Source: Candidatus Heimdallarchaeota archaeon
Lineage (GTDB): Archaea > Asgardarchaeota > Heimdallarchaeia > Hodarchaeales > Hodarchaeaceae
Reading direction: 5' to 3'
DNA: 64,000 nucleotides
NCBI GenBank assembly: GCA_011364965.1
Contig: RDOB01000007.1
Span: 62,335-126,334, forward strand
Shown piece by piece: positions 41,024 to 49,691 of this stretch (positions are counted from its first letter, which is position 1; each line of letters starts with the position of its first letter). The notes under the pieces are model-generated. The model saw nothing but the letters and a program-made list of their open reading frames with translations, was not told where the DNA came from and searched no databases. Position numbers and translations under genes: made by a program.

Positions 41024-41431
41024 TCAAGCTTCCTCCCATGCCCAAACACCTACTTTTCGCCAACGGCAATACGCCCAAATCCAGGTTTGAATCATCAGAG
41101 CTGCATCGTAAGCAGTGAAAGAGAAATGCCAGTCTTTTTGTGGTCTTAAATAGCAAATTTCAGTATGGCCATATTCATCGGTACCATACACATGGTGAGT
41201 CTTCGCAGCTATTCGTGGTTTTGTAATCCAGGCCCTAGGAGGAGCGGTAGGATAGTTATGGGGAAATTCAATCAAGACATGAAAAGTACCACAGGCAAAG
41301 CTTCCAGTAGTGACATATTTCACCTTTACACAGATATTACCGTTTTCTAAACGATAAAAATCATCCCGAGTTAACCCAGGAAATACTCCTTGTAATTCAT
41401 GTAGTTCCTGTTCAACTGTACGATCATACAT
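41024..41431 (-). CDS. Prokaryotic-type E2/UBC-fold protein (copy 2)
   Basis: FPHNYPTAPP, HHVY...EICYL...DW, WIWAYCRW...GVW. Confidence 0.8.
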   Translation of the reverse strand: MYDRTVEQELHELQGVFPGLTRDDFYRLENGNICVKVKYVTTGSFACGTFHVLIEFPHNYPTAPPRAWITKPRIAAKTHHVYGTDEYGHTEICYLRPQKDWHFSFTAYDAALMIQTWIWAYCRWRKVGVWAWEEA

Positions 41432-41448
41432 TTTGATTCATCCAATTT

Positions 41449-41904
41449 TTATAGAAAATGGTTCCAGAATCCTGCTTCTGGAAAACCCCAAGAACCCGTT
41501 TTTGTCCAGCGACAGTATGTTTTGAGCCAAACCTCAACCATTTTTGCAGTTTCATACGAAGTATAGGATAAATGCCAGTCTTTTTTGGGACGTAAGTAGC
41601 ATATGAGGGCATGGCCTTCTTTATCCCATTCATACACATGAGGTGTTTTTTCGGGGATTTTAGGTTTTTGTACCCAAACCTTAGGAGCATTAATAGGATA
41701 ATTATATGGGTATTCAATAAGAACGTCAAAATAACCACATGCATATTTACCTGTGGTAATAAAGCTAATTTGAACGCAGTAATTACCATTTGCCAATTGC
41801 TGAAAGTCCTGCTCCTTAACACTGGGAAAAAGCTTTTGCAAGGGTTTCAATTCCCGATCTGAAATTCTTTGGCGTAATGACAAGTTTGAAGCTCCATAGC
41901 TCAT
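41449..41904 (-). CDS. Prokaryotic-type E2/UBC-fold protein (copy 1)
   Basis: YPYNYPINAP, PHVY...LICYL...DW, WLKTYCRW.KTGSW. Confidence 0.8.
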   Translation of the reverse strand: MSYGASNLSLRQRISDRELKPLQKLFPSVKEQDFQQLANGNYCVQISFITTGKYACGYFDVLIEYPYNYPINAPKVWVQKPKIPEKTPHVYEWDKEGHALICYLRPKKDWHLSYTSYETAKMVEVWLKTYCRWTKTGSWGFPEAGFWNHFL

Positions 41905-43163
41905 TAATCAGGATTGTTAATATCTGAAGAGAAATTAGGAACTGACGATGTGCTGTGAAAAGGACAGGTAGGATCAGTGGTCAAATCCTCATAATAATAA
42001 AGCTCAAGACCATCATACTTAATGGCAGTTTGATCTGAAGTTTTGATAGTACGATTATACCACATATAGAAGTTGTAAGGAAAATGATACAATCCATGGG
42101 GAATTCCTGTTAAAAGTAAATCCAAACAGAATTTTGCTAATAGTAAGGTTAAGTTATCCACATCTAATCCCAATCCTGGTTGGGCAAGCTGTTCTTGCAA
42201 AGTGCGGTCGTATGTAATTTTGTGTTCTAATTCGATAGTGGTCGGTATAGAGCTAGAACCAGTCTCAGGTTTGGCATAGACACAATGATAACAATAATCT
42301 CCTTTCCGCGGGTCAACCTTAAACATTAAACCTCCTTTTACTCCAGCAAATGTTCCTGCATATACTAGGGGAATGGCTAATTGATTGGTATGAACGAAAT
42401 CATTGATCGCATAATTGACATCGTGCTCTCCAGAAACAGCAGCGATTAAATCTATTCCTTGGAGTGACTCAAGGAAGAAATCAAAGTCTTTTTTGGTATG
42501 TAAAACGAACTTCTGTTCTATAGTTTCAATTTGAACATCAGGAATTCGAGCTAGGATATAATCTTTCACTGCTCGAGTTTTAAAGCGACCAAGTTGGGAC
42601 AGATCGCAAATATGACGAATAATATTGTGAGTCTCAAGCAAATCGTCGTCGATAAAGATAAAGTTTTTCACTCCAGACTTAGCAAGATATAATGCTAAAA
42701 GCGATCCTCCAGACCCCATACCAATGATAGCTACTTTTTTCTTCTTCAACTCTCCTAAGGGTGTTTCTTTTTGATCAATTCGGACAAATAAGCGATCTAA
42801 ATTCACAAATTCGAATTCAACTTCAGTATTACCTTCTGAGAGATAAAACCTGAATTTAAGATTGATAAAATCTTTAGTACTAGTTGCATGAAGAAAAGGA
42901 AAATTAAAAATCGATTGAAGCTTAGAAACATCAAGAGGAGAGTCCTCTAAAGTTAAGACACCGATCGATTGGGGAGATTGGACAGTAGTCAAGCCAGTAA
43001 CATGATAGAGAGTATAATCATCAAAATATCGGCCAGAAAGCCACAATGTTGAACTTTTAGCAATCTGTTTTCTTTTAACTTGATAATCATGTTTAAATGA
43101 CGGATAAACTAGAATTTTAAGAGGTTTAGCAAAGGTCAATTCAACCCCTCCATTATTTTCCAT
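41904..43163 (-). CDS. ThiF/E1-like adenylyltransferase with an extra N-terminal domain
   Basis: VAIIGMGSGGS, IDDDLLETHNIIRH, GRFKT, CYHC and CPFH Zn ligands. Confidence 0.88.
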   Translation of the reverse strand: MENNGGVELTFAKPLKILVYPSFKHDYQVKRKQIAKSSTLWLSGRYFDDYTLYHVTGLTTVQSPQSIGVLTLEDSPLDVSKLQSIFNFPFLHATSTKDFINLKFRFYLSEGNTEVEFEFVNLDRLFVRIDQKETPLGELKKKKVAIIGMGSGGSLLALYLAKSGVKNFIFIDDDLLETHNIIRHICDLSQLGRFKTRAVKDYILARIPDVQIETIEQKFVLHTKKDFDFFLESLQGIDLIAAVSGEHDVNYAINDFVHTNQLAIPLVYAGTFAGVKGGLMFKVDPRKGDYCYHCVYAKPETGSSSIPTTIELEHKITYDRTLQEQLAQPGLGLDVDNLTLLLAKFCLDLLLTGIPHGLYHFPYNFYMWYNRTIKTSDQTAIKYDGLELYYYEDLTTDPTCPFHSTSSVPNFSSDINNPD

Positions 43164-44101
43164 AAAGGTTCGGATAATAATTCCAAAACTTCACCTTCAA
43201 GAGAAGCTTTGAGTGAAAGTAAAAATGGATGGAGTAAATCCGGGTCTACCAGTAAATTTGCCGGATGTTTTTCAACAGTAAAGTTCCGAGACATATCAGA
43301 AGATGAGATATCTATGTATAATTGACCCTCAGGAAAATTAGACGGAAAAGAAAGAAGAACCAAAACATTCACAGAAAGTTCACTCCCCTCAACGATAATA
43401 GTAAATTTATAGGGGAATGAGATAATTTTTTCTCCCCGAGTAGATCCAGGAAACTCCTGAATGTCGTTTAAAGTAAAAGTAGTGTCAAATACTTCAATTA
43501 AAGCTTCTTTTATGGGAAGAAGTTGTTCAGGTAAGATTCCTATCGGTTTTAGCGGGGAAATCTCCATACCCGCGGACATAATTCTGATATTCGACACAGG
43601 AATCCGTAATGTTTCAAAATTAGCACTACTAGGTTCCGTTGCCAAAGCTTGGTCTCTTCGATATAATTCAATGATTACTTCAGGATCTGAATCTGGAAGA
43701 AAATCCACTATTAGGGCAAGAATTAGGTTCCTATGAGGATTCAACATAAAAAAATCACTAATTTCCCCATGATCCCTATGACTGGGCCCTCCATATCCAA
43801 GATGTTTGTGCCAATTCCCTAAATATAGTGTTGTTTCTTGTTCTAGGAGCTGTTTTGCATATTCGGGATCAATTTCGAAATACATATGTTCTCGAACAGC
43901 AAGATTGTCGGGTGGTATTTCCATCCTCTCAATGCAGATATCTAATCCCCCATTAATATTTCGAATGGTTCCAAATAGCATTCCTCCAGTTTCCCTTCCT
44001 ACCCATTTGGTTGCTTCTTCAATAATCTGGTCATAGATATCTTGACTTAAATATAGAAAAATACTGTCCTCTGGTTCAGGAAACATCAAAACTACCCTCA
44101 T
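43136..44101 (-). CDS. JAB/MPN+ metallopeptidase fused to an RWD/UEV-like domain
   Basis: ETGGMLFG and WHKHLGYGGPSHRD JAMM motif; C-terminal SFPSNFPEG E2-fold-like motif with no Cys. Confidence 0.85.
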   Translation of the reverse strand: MRVVLMFPEPEDSIFLYLSQDIYDQIIEEATKWVGRETGGMLFGTIRNINGGLDICIERMEIPPDNLAVREHMYFEIDPEYAKQLLEQETTLYLGNWHKHLGYGGPSHRDHGEISDFFMLNPHRNLILALIVDFLPDSDPEVIIELYRRDQALATEPSSANFETLRIPVSNIRIMSAGMEISPLKPIGILPEQLLPIKEALIEVFDTTFTLNDIQEFPGSTRGEKIISFPYKFTIIVEGSELSVNVLVLLSFPSNFPEGQLYIDISSSDMSRNFTVEKHPANLLVDPDLLHPFLLSLKASLEGEVLELLSEPLWKIMEGLN

Positions 44102-44139
44102 TGGTCTAGAGTGTATATCAAGGAAAGATAAGAAAGAAT

Positions 44140-44241
44140 CTAGTAATGCTTTGAGATTGGAACTGTATCTACATTCTTTTCAGCATCTTCAGTCGCATTT
44201 TCTTTTGTTTCAGTATCTACGCGTTTAACAGGTCGAGGCAT
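44140..44241 (-). CDS. 33-aa peptide MPRPVKRVDTETKENATEDAEKNVDTVPISKHY heading the JAB-E1-E2-E2 operon
   Basis: Read manually: ATG at 44241, TAG at 44142-44140, AGGAG SD 9 nt upstream, TATA-like TTTAATAAA near 44287-44295; below the ORF-track size cutoff. Confidence 0.65.
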   Translation of the reverse strand: MPRPVKRVDTETKENATEDAEKNVDTVPISKHY

Positions 44242-44393
44242 ACTTTTACACTCCTAAAAATTGCAGGTATACAAAAAAATTCTGAATTTATTAAACTTTA
44301 GATATGAGACGAGGTGATTGCAGAGAAATGAACGCAAAGGCCTCCATAATTTCAGCAGTTATGAGAAAAATGTTTCTAACGAGAGAAAAAAGT

Positions 44394-45900
44394 TTATACC
44401 AGCTTCTTGCGACTTCTGTAATTTAGAAGGATTATAAGAAGAATAAATATTAGAAGAAACAATATTCCCTCCAAAAAATAGAGAGGTTCCTCCGAGAAAG
44501 GAGGAATGATTGTAGGGGAACAAGAACAAAGGAAGAAAATATTTATACACGGAAAAGAATAAGAATTTTGAGCTTCTCCAGGAATTTGATAAGCAGAATC
44601 TATAATTCCATCATTATTATTATCAATTGCGATCCAGTCATCCCAGTAATTGCAATAAAAAGAGTTATTAGTACCATCATCATATCCCTGAACAGGGTTA
44701 CTCAAAAAAGCGTAGAAACAGATTATATTATTACTAGAAAGAGAATCAATAAATTTACCTGGATCAGTACTATTGACAATAATATTATCAGAAATTAGGT
44801 TTACGCTAGAGGAACGTAAAATTATCCCTTCATTCTTACTTGTATTAACAATGTTCTCTCTTAAAAGGCATTCATTAGAATTTAAGAGTTGAATACCCCT
44901 ATAAGTACACAAGAGAGAATTATAGGTGACATTGATTTGCGTGCAAAATAGAATCGTGACACCATAAGAATTACACAAACTCTGATTTGTAATTGCGATA
45001 TTCACACAATTTAATAGGACAATCTGCCCCATATTGGGTGGAACAGAAAGATTAGCTTACTCCAGCCAGAAAATGATTAGCTGACCATTAAAATAATTAT
45101 GACAAACTTCAAGCTGACGAATAAAGGAAAGATCGGAACCTAAGATCATAAATCCACTCTGAAGGAACTTATTATTCCGAATCGTATTATTTGCTGAAAG
45201 TGAAAGATAAAGCCCTAAAATGTCATTAAAAAGAAATGAATTGTTAGTAATCAAGTTATAATGGCATACTAGAAGGTTAAAACAACAATTACCACACCCT
45301 GATATTGTATTATTGATAAAAGAAAGATTAGATGCTAAGGTGGCACTTACACCAATATAAAAAGCCTCAGAAACTAAATTATCCATAATAGTAATATTAT
45401 ATCAAGGTCTTAGCTCAATCCCTACAAAACATTCAATGAAAGAATTATTGCAAATCAACGAATTATTGACCCCAATAAGGTTCACATCAGTGCTACTATA
45501 AGAGAGATCAAAATAATTAGAAGAAAGTCCACCATGAGTGCAATTCGCAAGATAGACCCCAGGATGTTCTCCAAAATAACACTGGAAGAAGTGAAAATAG
45601 ATATCCACATTCACCAAGGTTATCATATTGCCAGAACCGTCTGAAAAAGTTCAATCCTGAATAAGAATAGGAGCTTTAGCAGAACCATTACCTTACCAGC
45701 CTTCAATTTGCGCCATGGATATGAAATAATCATTACCATTGATAAATATGGTAGAATGAACTTGATAGGAAGAGGAGGAAGATTGAGTAAGGGTAGATCT
45801 TTTTAAAAAAGGAAAATATTGAGTTGAGAACGCTGAAGAATGGATAAGAGATAAAAAAAATGACAAGAACGAGAAAACAAGAGATATAGAAACGTTTCAT
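44394..45900 (-). pseudogene. Fragmented NosD/parallel beta-helix surface protein
   Basis: Consecutive fragments (44394-45032, 45057-45386, 45402-45626) with GI.L..S..N.I..N repeats, NYWDDW...DNNNDG and a C-terminal TM; a signal-peptide-like start at 45900; broken by stops and frameshifts. Confidence 0.75.
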
Positions 45901-46114
45901 ATATCTCAATCTTTACTCTCAAGCTACCTAAATATTCATCCATGACTTGCAATAACAATACAAAACTCAATTAGCAGAATTGTTTGTCTAGAGAAGATGA
46001 AACGGAAGCAAACCAGAGGTTATAGATGATCTTACGATAATTTATTTAATTACATATTTATAGATGGGGTGTTAGTGTTTAATAAAACATAAAGACGGGA
46101 GATTTTATTACCAT

Positions 46115-46894
46115 TTGGCATCCACGATAGATAATGATCACAGCGAGCCTTCTCAAACTGGAAAAGGACATCCATTAGTATTATTACATGGCTATTCAGG
46201 AAATTCTGAGATACACTGGAAAAATCAAATAAATAACTCTCTAATAAGAGCAGAATATCATATAATTACTCCTAATATGTTTAGTTTTACGAATAAAAAC
46301 CGAATGGAAATTCAAACAAAAACAAATTCGACGAATGAGGTTAAAAAGCTTAGATATTTCTTAAAAAAGCATATAAAAATATCTAAACCCTTATTTTTAG
46401 TTGGATACTCTATCGGAGGAGCACTTGCATTAACATACGCCTCATTCTTTCCTCAAGATGTACTAGGAATAATTCTTGTAAGTCCACTTGCGTTCTTGAA
46501 TTCCTTTATTCCTACTGTCCCCACACTTCCGAAACGGACCATTACTAAAAATTTCACTAGAAAAGAAAGCTCATTTTACAAAGCAACTTGGGTTGTTTTC
46601 AAACGTATTATCAAAACTCTGTCTACTCTGAATCTGAAATTAAATGATGAAAGAGTAGTGAAATCCCTAAAAAACTTGCATCTACTAAATATTCCAATTT
46701 TACTCACATACGGTCTGGAAGATAGCATTAATCCATCACAAAACTATGAATTATTAAAAAAATATCTACCATTGAGGACTCAAATTGTCCCATTCCAAGG
46801 AGATCATAGTTTTCATGATACAGAACCTGAAAAATTTAATGAAGTCCTCTTATCGTTCTGTAAGGATGTTCGCAGCAAAAAAAACAAACATTAA
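46115..46894 (+). CDS. Alpha/beta hydrolase (lipase/esterase-like)
   Basis: LLHGYSG, GYSIGG nucleophile elbow, GLED acid, GDH His. Confidence 0.88.
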   Translation: MASTIDNDHSEPSQTGKGHPLVLLHGYSGNSEIHWKNQINNSLIRAEYHIITPNMFSFTNKNRMEIQTKTNSTNEVKKLRYFLKKHIKISKPLFLVGYSIGGALALTYASFFPQDVLGIILVSPLAFLNSFIPTVPTLPKRTITKNFTRKESSFYKATWVVFKRIIKTLSTLNLKLNDERVVKSLKNLHLLNIPILLTYGLEDSINPSQNYELLKKYLPLRTQIVPFQGDHSFHDTEPEKFNEVLLSFCKDVRSKKNKH

Positions 46895-47034
46895 TAAGGG
46901 GTTGAAGTTCACTTCCGTAATCATTCCTTTTTTCAAGGTAAGATAAGCTTTTAGAGATAAGCTATTTAAATCTGAATTGATCGGAATTCGGATAAACTAG
47001 AAATCCTCAAGAAAAGTATAAGCTAGAGAAGTAA

Positions 47035-48066
47035 GTGGTATATGAGATGTCAGAGGATGATTTTACTCTAATGGATTATAAGATATATCCAGAGGTCATT
47101 CTCCCCTCTGAACTCGTTTTCATGTTGCAAAACTCCTTAAAAAAACTAGAACAATATCGTAGCTTATTAAATTCCATAAATGTTTTCCCAGTGCCTGATG
47201 GGGATACAGGAACCAATTTGGTGCAAACATTCCGATCAATTATTCATGAACTTTCGAATGTTGGCATCAAAAATAATTGTGGGGAAATTATTTCGTTTGC
47301 ATCGCAAGGTGCATTCACCAATTGCGCGGGAAGTTCAGGAAGTATTTTATCCGAGTATTTTAGGGGACTAGAAATAGCTTGGAAAGACCAAAAGACGCTC
47401 AGCAATCATGATCTGGTGACAGGCTTAAAAAAAGGAGCAGAATTTGCATATAAAGCAGTAGTACGACCTCGGGAAGGAACAATATTAACAGTCGCGCGAC
47501 AGATTGGAGAATCAGCAGCAATCCTAGAGGAAACAGTAACAACCCCATTTGAATTACTATTGCTAATTTTTGAAGATGCTAAGGTCGCTTTAAAAAATAC
47601 CCGAAATATACTCAAAGAAGCAAAGAAAGCAGGAGTTGTTGACGCGGGAGCAATGGGATTAGTAATCATGTTTGAAGGATTTCTCGAAACATTGAAGGAT
47701 ATTTATGCAGCTAAAATCAGCATTACTCCCGTAAGTGAAGATATCAGTGATTATCTAAATCCTGAATTGCCCACGGACGAAATCCAGAAAGAATATGAAG
47801 TAATAATACAGATAACAGCATTAAAATATCCAATAAGTGTATTAATCGCAGAATTGCACCAACTTGGGAAAGCACTCGTTATAAATAAAACAAATCAGGA
47901 AGCAGTAATAAAAGTCCATATTCATTGTAAGGATCCAAAAGAGGTAATAAAAAAGATAGGACATTTAGCAGAATCAGTTATTATCATATCGATACAATCA
48001 ATACACGAACAGGCCATGGAATTTATGAGAATATCAAATCAGGATATAGGAGAGACACCTGGTTGA
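47035..48066 (+). CDS. fakA: DAK2-domain fatty acid kinase subunit A-like protein
   Basis: INVFPVPDGDTGTNL, GSSGSILS, AYKAVVRPREGTILTV, GVVDAGA, KVHIH. Confidence 0.85.
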   Translation: MVYEMSEDDFTLMDYKIYPEVILPSELVFMLQNSLKKLEQYRSLLNSINVFPVPDGDTGTNLVQTFRSIIHELSNVGIKNNCGEIISFASQGAFTNCAGSSGSILSEYFRGLEIAWKDQKTLSNHDLVTGLKKGAEFAYKAVVRPREGTILTVARQIGESAAILEETVTTPFELLLLIFEDAKVALKNTRNILKEAKKAGVVDAGAMGLVIMFEGFLETLKDIYAAKISITPVSEDISDYLNPELPTDEIQKEYEVIIQITALKYPISVLIAELHQLGKALVINKTNQEAVIKVHIHCKDPKEVIKKIGHLAESVIIISIQSIHEQAMEFMRISNQDIGETPG

Positions 48067-48950
48067 AAATAGGTATAGTTACGGACTCTATGAGCGATCT
48101 GCCAGCTCAAATAGCTGAAAAATATCAAATAAAGATAATCCCAGGAGATATCTATATTAACGAGGACAGGTACAAGAGTGGAATCGATTTAGATACAGAA
48201 GAATTAACAAAAATAATAACCGACAAAAATAAATCTTTTAGAACAGGAGCACCGTCACCCGGGGAGTATTATACTGCTTATAAAGAAATTCTAAATGAAG
48301 TAGACCTCATAATTAGCTTACATCCGCCAAGAAGGCAATCTGGAGCCTTGAATTCAGCTAACATCGCCCTACAAAGGGTTCCAGATGCCTCAAGAATAAA
48401 AATATTCGAAACGGGGGTAGCAACTCTGGGACTAGGGTTAACAGCCATTGCGACCGCTATAACAGCGCAAAAAACAAGCAATCAAACCGAGCTATTGACT
48501 CAAGTCCAAAAATACTGTGATCAAATTCAAGTCATAGGAACATTAGATTCGCTAAAATATGTAAGTAAAACAGGACGAATCAGTATAAAAATAGCCACAA
48601 TGATGGCAGATGCATTATCCATCAAACCAATCCTAGTAATGAGAAATTCAGATATCATCCTAGCAGAAAGACCCAGAAAAAGATCAACTGCAATACACAC
48701 AATAGTAAATATGCTATCAGAAACTTTGGATAGAGAGTTAATCCCCTCAATCATTGGCATAAGCAACTTCCTATGTGAAGCAGATGCTCAACTGATGAGG
48801 CAGGAAATAGAAAAAGAATTTCCCAAATATCTAATTATCGAAGGGAATGCAGATCCCATGATTGCAGCAAACACTGGGCCTGGGTTATTATTAGTGGCTT
48901 GTTTTGCAGCTGCAAATAAGCAAATTGGAGGTAGAAAAATTAATTTTTGA
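48063..48950 (+). CDS. DegV-family fatty-acid-binding protein (FakB-like)
   Basis: IGIVTDSMSDL, TGAPSPG, SLKYVSKTGRI, LSIKPIL, ANTGPG. Confidence 0.9.
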   Translation: MKIGIVTDSMSDLPAQIAEKYQIKIIPGDIYINEDRYKSGIDLDTEELTKIITDKNKSFRTGAPSPGEYYTAYKEILNEVDLIISLHPPRRQSGALNSANIALQRVPDASRIKIFETGVATLGLGLTAIATAITAQKTSNQTELLTQVQKYCDQIQVIGTLDSLKYVSKTGRISIKIATMMADALSIKPILVMRNSDIILAERPRKRSTAIHTIVNMLSETLDRELIPSIIGISNFLCEADAQLMRQEIEKEFPKYLIIEGNADPMIAANTGPGLLLVACFAAANKQIGGRKINF

Positions 48951-49593
48951 ATTACTGTTAGGTGGAGGAATAGGATATCTCATAGGCTCTGTATTTATCA
49001 CATATATTTGGGGGCAAATAAAGGGAATTGACCTAACACAAGAAGGAACAGGACAGTTAGGCGCTACAAACGCGGGGCGGTTACTAGGCTGGCCATTATT
49101 GATAATAGGAGGGATATTTGATATTCTAAAGGCATATACTGCTCTAGTTCTAATTTACACTGTTTTTGGACTCTGGCTTAAAGTAAACTATCTGGAAATA
49201 ATGTTAGCCAGTGGAAGCATAGGAATCCTGATAGGCCATATAAAATCCATCTGGATATGGATTGAAAAACATCAATGGCACGGTGGAAAAGGAGGTGCAC
49301 CACTAGGTGGGATACTCCTATTCTATTCATGGCAAACGTTTCTCTTCCTCTATATTGGCCTGATGACCTTGATGCAAATCATCAAAAAAATCATAACAAA
49401 GGAAAAAACATATGAAAACTTCATAACAAATAGCGTCGTTTTTGTGTGTATCCCCCCTATAATTTTCCTGTTCACCAGTAATATCTTCTATTTTGGATTA
49501 ATACTACTTCTCGAAGGGATAATAATATATAGCGAGAGGGAAAAACTTTGGAGCATAATCAAGCAAGTTAAAAACCCCCCTCCTACAAAATAG
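48904..49593 (+). CDS. plsY: Acyl-phosphate:glycerol-3-phosphate acyltransferase PlsY-like (start uncertain)
   Basis: GYLIGS, GTGQLGATNAGR (motif 1), DILKA, GHIKS, GGKGGA (motif 2); multi-TM. Confidence 0.8.
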   Translation: MQLQISKLEVEKLIFELLLGGGIGYLIGSVFITYIWGQIKGIDLTQEGTGQLGATNAGRLLGWPLLIIGGIFDILKAYTALVLIYTVFGLWLKVNYLEIMLASGSIGILIGHIKSIWIWIEKHQWHGGKGGAPLGGILLFYSWQTFLFLYIGLMTLMQIIKKIITKEKTYENFITNSVVFVCIPPIIFLFTSNIFYFGLILLLEGIIIYSEREKLWSIIKQVKNPPPTK

Positions 49594-49691
49594 ACTCATA
49601 GATCATCAGAAATGCATCATAGAACAATGTTCGGATAGTTTCTCTGGTAACATTTTTATGGTCTCAATCATAGAAAGAATAGCATTCTGGA

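Noticed and set aside
41024-44241. CBASS, or a ThiS/MoaD sulfur-transfer operon
   Set aside because: No CD-NTase, effector, sulfur carrier, rhodanese or cofactor-biosynthesis gene is adjacent
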